From sequence record NC_055780.1: 64,000 nt of DNA; one strand, given 5' to 3'. The position numbers and the translations under genes were made by a program. The notes beneath the pieces were generated by a model. The model did no database searches, had not been told where the DNA came from, and worked only from the letters and a program-made list of their open reading frames with translations. Each line of letters starts with the position of its first letter. Position 1 is the first letter of the stretch. Source of the stretch: Escherichia phage MLF4. Below, piece after piece: positions 27,112 through 35,825 of the stretch.

Positions 27112-27347
27112 TGAAATTTCGTTTGGTAAAGCTTACAGCAATTAGTTCTTATTCTAACGAGAACATCTCGTTTGCTGTAGAGTATAAGAAATATTTTTTC
27201 TCTAAATGGAAACAGTATTATAAAACTGATTGGACTAGTATTGATAGACCATATAGTTGGAAATCTGATTTAGAAAAATGCCAAAAATTACTTTCCACCC
27301 TTAAAGAACGTGGAACAACTCATATTAAAACTGTAATAGGTAAATAA
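27111..27347 (+). CDS. Hypothetical protein (31.2-like position)
   Basis: 78 aa ORF. Confidence 0.5.
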   Translation: MKFRLVKLTAISSYSNENISFAVEYKKYFFSKWKQYYKTDWTSIDRPYSWKSDLEKCQKLLSTLKERGTTHIKTVIGK

Positions 27348-27656
27348 ATGAAACTGACAACTGAGCAGAAAGTAGCAATTCGCGAAATTTTGAAAACCAA
27401 ATTGTCCATGGGTGTTTCAAACGTAGTTTTTGAAAAGTCTGATGGTACTATTCGTACTATGAAAGGTACTCGTGATGCAGACTTTATGCCAACCATGCAA
27501 ACTGGTAAATTGACTGAATCTACTCGGAAAGAATCTACTGACATGATTCCAGTATTTGATGTTGAACTTGGCGCATGGCGAGGTTTTTCTATTGACAAAT
27601 TGATTTCTGTTAATGGTATGAAAGTTGAGCATTTGCTTCAATTTATTGGTAAATAA
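27348..27656 (+). CDS. Hypothetical protein (31.1-like position)
   Basis: 102 aa ORF. Confidence 0.5.
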   Translation: MKLTTEQKVAIREILKTKLSMGVSNVVFEKSDGTIRTMKGTRDADFMPTMQTGKLTESTRKESTDMIPVFDVELGAWRGFSIDKLISVNGMKVEHLLQFIGK

Positions 27657-27712
27657 ATGCTTTAAGAATTATTTGTTATTATTAATTCATCTGTTAACAA
27701 AAAGGAAAAACG

Positions 27713-28048
27713 ATGTCTGAAGTACAACAGCTACCAATTCGTGCTGTCGGTGAATATGTTATTTTAGTTTCTGAACCTGCACAGGCTGGTGATGAAGAAG
27801 TTACAGAATCAGGACTTATTATCGGTAAACGTGTTCAAGGTGAAGTTCCTGAACTGTGTGTAGTTCACTCTGTTGGTCCTGATGTTCCTGAAGGTTTCTG
27901 CGAAGTTGGTGATTTGACTTCTCTTCCAGTTGGTCAAATTCGAAATGTTCCGCATCCTTTTGTAGCTCTGGGTCTTAAGCAGCCAAAAGAAATTAAACAA
28001 AAATTCGTCACTTGCCACTATAAAGCTATTCCATGTCTTTATAAGTGA
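27713..28048 (+). CDS. 31: Co-chaperonin gp31 (GroES analogue for capsid protein folding)
   Basis: 111 aa; [40 protein letters not shown]... matches recalled T4 gp31. Confidence 0.92.
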
Positions 28049-28195
28049 TATAAATAATAATATGAATTGGGTGTCGGAATAATAAGTTAACCGAACAATT
28101 CTATGTGGTAGTCTACAACTGAGAGATCTGTCGAAAGAAGATGAAATTCAGAAGAACGTGACTACCGAGTTTTAATCTCTAACGAGAATTTTTAA

Positions 28196-28444
28196 ATGAT
28201 TAAACAATTACAACACGCTCTTGAACTGCAACGAAACGCATGGAATAATGGTCACGAAAACTATGGCGCATCTATTGATGTTGAAGCCGAAGCTCTTGAA
28301 ATCCTGTGTTATTTCAAACATCTGAATCCTGCTCAAACTGCATTAGTTGCTGAGCTTCAGGAAAAAGATGAACTTAAATATGCTAAGCCTCTGGCTTCTG
28401 CTGCACGAAAAGCAGTTCGTCACTTTGTGGTAACACTGAAGTAA
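28196..28444 (+). CDS. rIII: rIII lysis-inhibition accessory protein
   Basis: 82 aa ORF (same size as T4 RIII) next to gene 31. Confidence 0.75.
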   Translation: MIKQLQHALELQRNAWNNGHENYGASIDVEAEALEILCYFKHLNPAQTALVAELQEKDELKYAKPLASAARKAVRHFVVTLK

Positions 28445-28689
28445 TTTATTGGAGATTCACTGCCTTAGTGTGAGCTAAAATCGAGGAGCCGTCGAACTGT
28501 CTGATTAATGATTTGCGAATCATTATAGTTTTAAGACCCCGGCAGTTTTATGGTGTACCTCTTGAATGTGAATGATGACGGGTTTATGGTTATCCTGGTC
28601 GTTAAATACCCAAAAACCTATGTTCCCCTTGAGGGCTTGCGCAGGCAATGCCAATAAGTCCTGCATTTTCATTTAAAAGAGAATTTATA

Positions 28690-28866
28690 ATGGCAAAACA
28701 AGCTAAAGCAAAGAAAGCAGTTGAAAAGAAAGTTGGTGATTCTAAACGCGCTGGTTACAAGCGTGGGTCGAACTCTCGTATCAATCAAACTGTTGAGAAG
28801 ATCATGCGCCGAGCACGTGCGGTTCTTCGAGATGATGCTTCTCGTTTTGGTAAGCAGAAAGCATAA
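28690..28866 (+). CDS. Hypothetical small lysine/arginine-rich basic protein
   Basis: 58 aa from ATG at 28690 (MAKQAKAKKAVEKK...); an alternative upstream ATG at 28648 exists; strong terminator directly downstream. Confidence 0.5.
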   Translation: MAKQAKAKKAVEKKVGDSKRAGYKRGSNSRINQTVEKIMRRARAVLRDDASRFGKQKA

Positions 28867-28871
28867 GTTGA

Positions 28872-28896
28872 GGACTCCTTCGGGAGTCCTTTTTTA
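28872..28896 (+). terminator. Intrinsic terminator
   Basis: GGACTCC-TTCG-GGAGTCC followed by TTTTTT. Confidence 0.75.
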
Positions 28897-28919
28897 TTTT
28901 CCAAAGATTGCATAAAGTT

Positions 28920-28949
28920 GTTTACAGTATAGCTCCTTTGTGATAGTAT
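28920..28949 (+). promoter_or_regulatory. Early-type promoter (GTTTACA ... TAGTAT) with inverted repeat around -10
   Basis: GTTTACA, 17 nt, TAGTAT; CTCCTTTGTG ... CACAAACAAAGGAG inverted repeat; followed by GGAGAATAAAATG start context. Confidence 0.5.
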
Positions 28950-28976
28950 TATCTTACACAAACAAAGGAGAATAAA

Positions 28977-29309
28977 ATGAAAACGATTAATCTGAACGCT
29001 GCAGTTAAAACTAAATGCTTCAATGGTAAATATGATGAAACTATGTGGTTCTTAATGGCAGTTGAAGGTGATATTGTTGAAGTAGAAACAACAGAAGGTA
29101 TGGGAACAGATTTCACCTTTACAATTCAAGTTCATAATTTCTTTACTGGTTGGATTTATGAATTGAATACAGTAATCGTTGGAAAAATTGAACAAAATGA
29201 ATTAGGTGAATGGTATTATGTTACAGCTCGCCAACGTGCCGAACGCTTAATTGAGAAGATGAAAAAAGTTAGTAAACTTGACATGCAGCATTGGAAAGTA
29301 GTAAAATAA
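28977..29309 (+). CDS. Hypothetical protein (30.x cluster)
   Basis: 110 aa ORF. Confidence 0.55.
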   Translation: MKTINLNAAVKTKCFNGKYDETMWFLMAVEGDIVEVETTEGMGTDFTFTIQVHNFFTGWIYELNTVIVGKIEQNELGEWYYVTARQRAERLIEKMKKVSKLDMQHWKVVK

Positions 29310-29311
29310 TT

Positions 29312-29340
29312 GTTTACTTTGGTACAGGATATGATATTAT
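29312..29340 (+). promoter_or_regulatory. Early-type promoter with stem-loop (GGTACAGG / CCTGTACC) around the -10 box
   Basis: GTTTACT, 16-nt spacer, TATTAT; 8-bp perfect inverted repeat flanking the -10. Confidence 0.5.
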
Positions 29341-29376
29341 ATACCTGTACCGCAATTAAACATCTTGGAGAATAAA

Positions 29377-29742
29377 ATGAACTACATCAATTTTGAACGT
29401 AAATATGTTTCTAATTGTATTGCAGGTTCTATTGATACTATTTGCCTTTGGAAACATCAAAATGGATCAGTATGCGAAATTGAGCAGTATATGACTCCTA
29501 ATTACGTTTATATGCGATTTGAAAATGGAATCACGGTTTCAATCACAATGGAAGGTTCAAACTTCAAAATCGCTCTGGATGATGATTTTCGTCAACGTGA
29601 TTTAGGGACTCATCCTTGCTGGAATGGTGCTAATCGCAAGCTTTTGGTTAAAACTTGGATTCGTCATATTCTGAGTAACAGAGCTAAACCTGAGCATCTT
29701 GAAGCAATCTTTGATGTAGTTCTTAACGAATTTGATATTTAA
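29377..29742 (+). CDS. Hypothetical protein (30.x cluster)
   Basis: 121 aa from ATG at 29377 with RBS GGAG; hairpin GGGGCTTTGGCCCC downstream. Confidence 0.55.
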   Translation: MNYINFERKYVSNCIAGSIDTICLWKHQNGSVCEIEQYMTPNYVYMRFENGITVSITMEGSNFKIALDDDFRQRDLGTHPCWNGANRKLLVKTWIRHILSNRAKPEHLEAIFDVVLNEFDI

Positions 29743-29783
29743 AATAAAATGAGGGGCTTTGGCCCCTTACTGAGGAAAATGTT

Positions 29784-30071
29784 ATGTTTATGACTACTTA
29801 TTTTGATACCCGTAAAAACTTCTGCGAAGTAGTTTTCTCAAAGTCGCCTAAAGACCTTCCTGCACATTTGCAACCTACTAGCGAATCGATTAAAAACTAC
29901 GTTGATGTGGTTTGTCCTTTAGAGTTTCGTACTGTAAATGGGCGTGATACTTTAGCTATCGCTAAACTTAATCGTGAAATTGACATTGACCCTTCAATTG
30001 CGCGTGAAATTAATATTTCTGATATTGGCGGCGGTAATGTTAAATCGCATGGTTTTCAGATGAGGTTCTAA
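29784..30071 (+). CDS. Hypothetical protein (30.x cluster)
   Basis: 95 aa ORF, RBS GAGGA. Confidence 0.5.
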   Translation: MFMTTYFDTRKNFCEVVFSKSPKDLPAHLQPTSESIKNYVDVVCPLEFRTVNGRDTLAIAKLNREIDIDPSIAREINISDIGGGNVKSHGFQMRF

Positions 30072-30268
30072 TGAAATTCTTTTTAGGTCAAACTGTTGAA
30101 TTAAAGGGAGTTGGTATACCTGGATTAATTTCTAAGGTTCTACCTCCATTTAAATGGAGTGGTGTTCAAATAAAAGAGGCTTATATTGTTTCCTGGGTAG
30201 ATGGAAATGAAGACCTTCGTATGGGTGATGAATTGTCTCCTATTTACGGATTAAAGGAATTAGTATGA
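30071..30268 (+). CDS. Hypothetical small protein
   Basis: 65 aa ORF, translationally coupled. Confidence 0.45.
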   Translation: MKFFLGQTVELKGVGIPGLISKVLPPFKWSGVQIKEAYIVSWVDGNEDLRMGDELSPIYGLKELV

Positions 30269-30471
30269 ATATAATTAATAAGATTTTTGGAATTCAGTAC
30301 ATTAAGGTCACATATAAAGTAACAGATAAAAATCCATATACTGATGAACATGAAGAACCACAAGTTGAGTCTATTATATTAGAAAAGGACCCTAACTGGC
30401 CAGTTGAATTTCGTCTTCCTTGCTATGGTCATTGGGCTGATGTTGAAATTATAAGTATTGAAAATGTCTGA
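30265..30471 (+). CDS. Hypothetical small protein
   Basis: 68 aa ORF, translationally coupled. Confidence 0.45.
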   Translation: MNIINKIFGIQYIKVTYKVTDKNPYTDEHEEPQVESIILEKDPNWPVEFRLPCYGHWADVEIISIENV

Positions 30472-30922
30472 GTTAGAGATTAGAAGCAATTTTAGATGGC
30501 CATCGTGTGCATTAAGTAATTTCGCCCAATGGCCTTTCGTCATGGATGGTATTCAATTCGGAGGTCTTGAAGGATTCCTCCAAGGATGCAAGGTGAAAAA
30601 TGTTGAACAACAAAAACGTATATTTGGGCTCTCCGGCTTGGCCGCCCAGCAAAGTGGAAGAGCTTATGCAAGAGCTGCGGACCGTGGGACGCTTTTCTGG
30701 CTTGGAATTCCCTTTTCAAGATACTCTGCAGCATGGAAAGAGTTGTATACAAATGCATATTTTGAAGCAGCGATTCAAAACAAGGGGTTTCGTGATGCCT
30801 TACAAGCCTCTAAAGGAAAAATTTTGAAGCATAGCATGGCTAGTGGTCTAACAAAAGATGATACAATACTAACCGAAGCTGAATTTATTGATGTGTTAAA
30901 CCTATTAAGAGACTCTCTATGA
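30464..30922 (+). CDS. NADAR / YbiA-like (DUF1768) protein, putative ADP-ribose or N-glycoside processing enzyme
   Basis: 152 aa from ATG at 30464; motif SNFAQWPFVMDGIQFGGLEGFLQGCK parallels the YbiA/NADAR core SNFAxWP..DG....SEHYFQAxK; locally elevated GC content. Confidence 0.6.
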   Translation: MSELEIRSNFRWPSCALSNFAQWPFVMDGIQFGGLEGFLQGCKVKNVEQQKRIFGLSGLAAQQSGRAYARAADRGTLFWLGIPFSRYSAAWKELYTNAYFEAAIQNKGFRDALQASKGKILKHSMASGLTKDDTILTEAEFIDVLNLLRDSL

Positions 30923-31761
30923 AGCCTACTATTTTGACTGATATTGACGGGGTGTGTTTAAGCTGGCAATCGGGCCTTCCTTATTTTGCCCAAAAATATA
31001 ATCTTCCGTTGGAACATATTTTAAAAATGATTCAGGACGAAAAATTTATTTCTCCTGGTAAGCTCTTTAATTGCGATGAAGAACTTGGTGTTAAATTAAT
31101 CGAAAAGTATAATCGTTCAGATTTTATTCGCTATTTGTCTCCATATAAAGATGCCCTGTGTGTAATTAACAAATTAAAAGAAGATTATAATTTTGTAGCT
31201 GTTACAGCACTGGGTGATTCTATTGACGCTCTGCTGAATCGTCAATTTAATTTGAATGCTCTTTTTCCTGGTGCCTTCTTAGAAGTATTGATGTGTGGTC
31301 ATGATTCTTCAAAAGAAGAGTTGTTCAAAAAGGCAAAAGAGAAATATAACGTAATTTGTTATATTGACGATCTCGCTCACCACTGCGATCATGCGAGTGA
31401 AATATTAAATGTTCCTGTTTATTGGATGGCTCGAGGGGAGCGTGACAGTATTCCAAAAACTGCACAGCGAGTTTATACATGGAATGATGTAGAGAATAAG
31501 CTTTTTCCATCGAATGAAAATAAAGAAAGTTTTGATAGTGAAAAAGCTATAAAAGATGTAATTGAAAAGATGATTAAAAACGATTCTTTTCGTTGGAATA
31601 CTACCTGGAGAACTCCTGGATTAAATCCATACCATCCATATTATACACATCCATATCATGTGCATCCATTTCATACATGGAACTATATTAAACCTGGTGG
31701 CATAGAGTATTTGTATAATAGACCTACTAGTGGTGATAATATTTTACAAGGAGCATTCTAA
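30919..31761 (+). CDS. HAD-superfamily phosphatase / 5'(3')-nucleotidase-like protein with His/Pro/Tyr-rich C-terminal tail
   Basis: N-terminal DIDGV motif (HAD motif I); C-terminal NPYHPYYTHPYHVHPFHTWNY repeat-like tract. Confidence 0.55.
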   Translation: MKPTILTDIDGVCLSWQSGLPYFAQKYNLPLEHILKMIQDEKFISPGKLFNCDEELGVKLIEKYNRSDFIRYLSPYKDALCVINKLKEDYNFVAVTALGDSIDALLNRQFNLNALFPGAFLEVLMCGHDSSKEELFKKAKEKYNVICYIDDLAHHCDHASEILNVPVYWMARGERDSIPKTAQRVYTWNDVENKLFPSNENKESFDSEKAIKDVIEKMIKNDSFRWNTTWRTPGLNPYHPYYTHPYHVHPFHTWNYIKPGGIEYLYNRPTSGDNILQGAF

Positions 31762-32030
31762 TGTTTGTTGTTCATACTATTTATGAAAATGAAGGTAATA
31801 CTACACGTGATTACGGTCACGTAAATCAATTTTTTAGATGCAATCCAGAATTCCGAGCTCAAAAAGACGAACGAATTTTTAAAAAATGTGTAGAGCAAGG
31901 TTTCATTTACGTCAAGCACTGGATGCAAGGAAATAAAGTTAGAACCACGTACCACAGGTCTTTGACTGAGCTTAATGATGAATTGATTTATAATAGAGCT
32001 GTAAACCAAACTCTAAAGGATGAACAATGA
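31761..32030 (+). CDS. Hypothetical protein
   Basis: 89 aa ORF upstream of ligase. Confidence 0.5.
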   Translation: MFVVHTIYENEGNTTRDYGHVNQFFRCNPEFRAQKDERIFKKCVEQGFIYVKHWMQGNKVRTTYHRSLTELNDELIYNRAVNQTLKDEQ

Positions 32031-33490
32031 TTCTTAAAATTCTGAATGAAATAGCATCTATTGGTTCAACTAAGCAAAAGCAAGCAATTCTTGAAAAGAA
32101 TAAAGATAATGAATTGCTCAAACGAGTATATCGTCTGACTTATTCTCGTGGGTTACAGTATTATATCAAGAAATGGCCTAAACCTGGTATTGCTACCCAG
32201 AGTTTTGGAATGTTGACTCTTACCGATATGCTTGACTTCATTGAATTCACATTAGCTACTCGGAAATTGACTGGAAATGCGGCAATTGAGGAATTAACTG
32301 GATATATTACTGACGGTAAAAAAGATGATGTTGAAGTTTTGCGTCGGGTGATGATGCGAGACCTTGAATGCGGTGCATCAGTATCTATTGCAAACAAAGT
32401 TTGGCCAGGTTTAATTCCTGAACAACCTCAAATGCTGGCAAGTTCTTATGATGAAAAAGGCATTAATAAGAATATCAAATTTCCAGCCTTTGCCCAATTA
32501 AAAGCTGATGGAGCTCGGTGCTTTGCTGAAGTCAGAGGTGATGAATTAGATGATGTTCGTCTTTTATCACGAGCTGGTAATGAATATCTAGGATTAGATC
32601 TTCTCAAGGAAGAGTTAATCAAAATGACTGCAGAAGCTCGCCAGATTCATCCAGAAGGTGTGTTAATTGATGGCGAATTGGTATACCATGAGCAAGTTGA
32701 AAAGGAGCCAGAAGGCCTAGATTTTCTTTTTGATGCTTATCCTGAAATTAGTAAAGCTAAAGAATTCGCCGAAGTAGCTGAATCACGTACTACTTCTAAT
32801 GGAATCGCTAATAAATCTTTAAAGGGAACTATTTCAGAAAAAGAAGCTCAATGCATGAAGTTTCAGGTCTGGGATTATGTTCCGTTGGTAGAAATATACG
32901 GTCTTCCGGCGTTTCGTTTAAAATATGATGTACGTTTTTCTAAACTAGAACAAATGACATCAGGCTATGATAAAGTAATTTTAATTGAAAACCAGATAGT
33001 AAATAACCTAGATGAAGCTAAGGTAATTTATAAAAAGTATATTGACCAAGGTCTTGAAGGTATTATTCTTAAAAATATCGATGGATTATGGGAAAATGCT
33101 CGTTCAAAAAATCTTTATAAATTTAAAGAAGTAATTGATGTTGATTTAAAAATTGTAGGAATTTATCCTCACCGTAAAGACCCTACTAAAGCAGGTGGTT
33201 TCATTCTTGAATCAGAGTGTGGAAAAATTAAAGTAAATGCTGGTTCAGGCTTAAAAGATAAAGCCGGCGTAAAATCACATGAACTTGACCGTACTCGCAT
33301 TATGGAAAACCAAAATTATTATATTGGAAAAATTCTAGAGTGCGAATGCAACGGCTGGGTAAAATTAGATGGACGTACTGATTACGTTAAGCTATTTCTT
33401 CCAATTGCAATTCGTTTACGTGAAGATAAAACTAAAGCTAATACGTTCGAAGATGTATTTGGCGATTTTCATGAGGTAACTGGTTTATGA
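32027..33490 (+). CDS. 30: ATP-dependent DNA ligase
   Basis: 487 aa (same as T4 ligase); adenylation motif KADGAR; synteny with rIII and alt. Confidence 0.92.
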   Translation: MILKILNEIASIGSTKQKQAILEKNKDNELLKRVYRLTYSRGLQYYIKKWPKPGIATQSFGMLTLTDMLDFIEFTLATRKLTGNAAIEELTGYITDGKKDDVEVLRRVMMRDLECGASVSIANKVWPGLIPEQPQMLASSYDEKGINKNIKFPAFAQLKADGARCFAEVRGDELDDVRLLSRAGNEYLGLDLLKEELIKMTAEARQIHPEGVLIDGELVYHEQVEKEPEGLDFLFDAYPEISKAKEFAEVAESRTTSNGIANKSLKGTISEKEAQCMKFQVWDYVPLVEIYGLPAFRLKYDVRFSKLEQMTSGYDKVILIENQIVNNLDEAKVIYKKYIDQGLEGIILKNIDGLWENARSKNLYKFKEVIDVDLKIVGIYPHRKDPTKAGGFILESECGKIKVNAGSGLKDKAGVKSHELDRTRIMENQNYYIGKILECECNGWVKLDGRTDYVKLFLPIAIRLREDKTKANTFEDVFGDFHEVTGL

Positions 33491-33672
33491 AAGCTTACTT
33501 AGAAACAATTGTCGTGGCTCAAAAAGAAGGTGGAGATGTTTCCACTGCGGTATCGCAGGTTATTCTTGAATTCCCAGATAAACTAGCATATGATGAATTC
33601 ACGGAAAGATTTGATCCATATGAAAAAGGTCCAAAGTTTGAAGTATATCGTACTCTTTTAGCTCTCTATTAA
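33487..33672 (+). CDS. Hypothetical small protein (alt.1-like)
   Basis: 61 aa ORF followed by terminator hairpin. Confidence 0.5.
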   Translation: MKAYLETIVVAQKEGGDVSTAVSQVILEFPDKLAYDEFTERFDPYEKGPKFEVYRTLLALY

Positions 33673-33674
33673 TT

Positions 33675-33698
33675 AAAGGCCTTCGGGCCTTTAATTTT
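33675..33698 (+). terminator. Intrinsic terminator
   Basis: AAAGGCC-TTCG-GGCCTTT followed by a T-rich tract. Confidence 0.65.
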
Positions 33699-33728
33699 AT
33701 AAATAGAATAAACACTAGAGAGGATAAC

Positions 33729-35822
33729 ATGGAACTTATTACAGAATTATTTGACGAAGATACTACTCTTCCGATTACAAACTTAAATCCAAAGAAGAAA
33801 ATACCACAAATTTTTTCAGTTCATGTTGATGATGCAATTGAACAACCAGGCTTTCGTTTATGTACCTATACATCTGGAGGTGATACTAATCGCGATTTAA
33901 AGATGGGCGATAAAATGATGCATATTGTTCCTTTTACATTAACTGCTAAAGGCTCAATTGCTAAATTAAAAGGTCTTGGTCCAAGCCCAATTAATTATAT
34001 CAATTCAGTTTTTACTGTTGCAATGCAAACGATGCGTCAATATAAAATTGATGCCTGCATGCTTCGTATTCTTAAGTCTAAAACTGCTGGCCAAGCTCGA
34101 CAAATTCAAGTTATTGCTGATAGACTTATCCGTAGTCGTTCAGGTGGCAGATACGTCCTTCTTAAGGAACTCTGGGATTACGATAAAAAGTATGCATATA
34201 TTCTTATACATCGCAAAAATGTATCATTAGAAGACATTCCAGGAGTTCCAGAAATTAGCACTGAACTCTTTACTAAAGTTGAATCGAAGGTCGGTGATGT
34301 TTATATCAATAAAGATACTGGAGCTCAAGTAACTAAAAATGAGGCAATTGCAGCATCTATTGCGCAAGAAAATGATAAACGTTCTGACCAAGCTGTAATC
34401 GTTAAAGTTAAAATTTCCCGTAGAGCAATTGCGCAAAGTCAATCGTTAGAGTCTTCTAGATTTGAAAGTGAATTATTCCAGAAGTATGAATCTACTGCAG
34501 CTAATTTCAATAAACCTGCTACCGCTCCTTTAATTCCCGAAGCAGAAGAAATGAAGCTTGGAATTAATTCATTAGCTTCTAAAACAAAGGCAGCAAAAAT
34601 TATTGCCGAAGGAACGGCAGATGAACTTCACTATGATTATAAATTCTTTCCAATGAGTCAAGTCGGTGAAGTTTCAGAAAAAATTAAAGAAGTAATTTTT
34701 AATGCAATTAAAAATGAACCAACTACTTCAATAAAATGTTTAGAGAAATACGCAGCAGCTGTAAATCAATTCTTTGAAGATTATAAAGATAAATGGCTTG
34801 CTAATCATAATAAAAATCGTAAAGGACAATCAGATGAAGTCTGGGAAGAAATAACTAAAAATTCCTGGAACGCAACAAAAACTAAATTCCTCAAACGAAT
34901 GATTTACAGTTTTTCTGGAATTGGTGCTGGTCCAATGATTGATATTACTATTGCACGCGATGGTTCTAAATATACTCCATCACAAAAGCGTGGCATTAGA
35001 GAATATTGCGGTTCAGGATATACTGACATCAATAATCTTCTTTTAGGTCGTTACAATCCAGAACGATACGATGTAATGAGTGAAAAAGAAATTGAATCTG
35101 CTATAAATAACTTAGATTCAGCTTTTGAAAATGGTGACCGTATACCAGAAGGCATTACAGTTTATCGTGCTCAAAGTATGACTGCTCCTATATATGAAGC
35201 GTTAGTTAAAAATAAAGTGTTCTACTTCAGAAATTTTGTATCTACTTCTTTAACTCCTATCATTTTTGGACGTTTTGGAATCACACATGCTGGTATTGGT
35301 CTTTTAGAACCAGAAGCTCGTAATGAATTGACAGTTGATAAAAATGAAGAAGGAATAACTATTAATCCAAACGAAATAAGAGCGTATAAAGAAAATCCTG
35401 AATACGTTAAAGTTCAAATAGGATGGGCAATTGATGGAGCTCATAAAGTTAATGTTGTATATCCAGGAAGTCTCGGAATAGCAACAGAAGCTGAAGTTAT
35501 TCTACCGCGCGGATTGATGGTCAAAGTTAATAAAATAACTGATGCTTCTAATAATGACGGAACAACATCTAATAATACAAAACTCATTCAAGCTGAAGTT
35601 ATGACCACAGAAGAGCTCACCGAATCGGTAATCTATGACGGAGACCATTTAATGGAAACCGGTGAAGTAGTTGCAATGACAGGTGATATTGAAATAGAAG
35701 ACAGAGTTGACTTTGCATCATTTGTTTCATCAAATATTAAACAGAAAGTAGAATCATCTCTTGGAATTATTGCGTCTTGCATAGATATTACAAACATGCC
35801 TTACAAGTTCGTTCAAGGATAA
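33729..35822 (+). CDS. alt: Alt-like ADP-ribosyltransferase, paralog 1 (probably capsid-packaged)
   Basis: 697 aa; C-terminal R-S-E ART signature (TVYRAQ, FVSTSL, EAEVILPRG); N-terminus MELITELFD shared with the adjacent paralog; position next to gene 30 as in T4. Confidence 0.8.
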   Translation: MELITELFDEDTTLPITNLNPKKKIPQIFSVHVDDAIEQPGFRLCTYTSGGDTNRDLKMGDKMMHIVPFTLTAKGSIAKLKGLGPSPINYINSVFTVAMQTMRQYKIDACMLRILKSKTAGQARQIQVIADRLIRSRSGGRYVLLKELWDYDKKYAYILIHRKNVSLEDIPGVPEISTELFTKVESKVGDVYINKDTGAQVTKNEAIAASIAQENDKRSDQAVIVKVKISRRAIAQSQSLESSRFESELFQKYESTAANFNKPATAPLIPEAEEMKLGINSLASKTKAAKIIAEGTADELHYDYKFFPMSQVGEVSEKIKEVIFNAIKNEPTTSIKCLEKYAAAVNQFFEDYKDKWLANHNKNRKGQSDEVWEEITKNSWNATKTKFLKRMIYSFSGIGAGPMIDITIARDGSKYTPSQKRGIREYCGSGYTDINNLLLGRYNPERYDVMSEKEIESAINNLDSAFENGDRIPEGITVYRAQSMTAPIYEALVKNKVFYFRNFVSTSLTPIIFGRFGITHAGIGLLEPEARNELTVDKNEEGITINPNEIRAYKENPEYVKVQIGWAIDGAHKVNVVYPGSLGIATEAEVILPRGLMVKVNKITDASNNDGTTSNNTKLIQAEVMTTEELTESVIYDGDHLMETGEVVAMTGDIEIEDRVDFASFVSSNIKQKVESSLGIIASCIDITNMPYKFVQG

Positions 35823-35825
35823 ATC

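Noticed and set aside
30540-30827. Overlapping ORFs on both strands inside the NADAR-like gene
   Set aside because: They probably arise from the locally GC-richer composition reducing stop codon frequency; the NADAR-like frame has the motif support.
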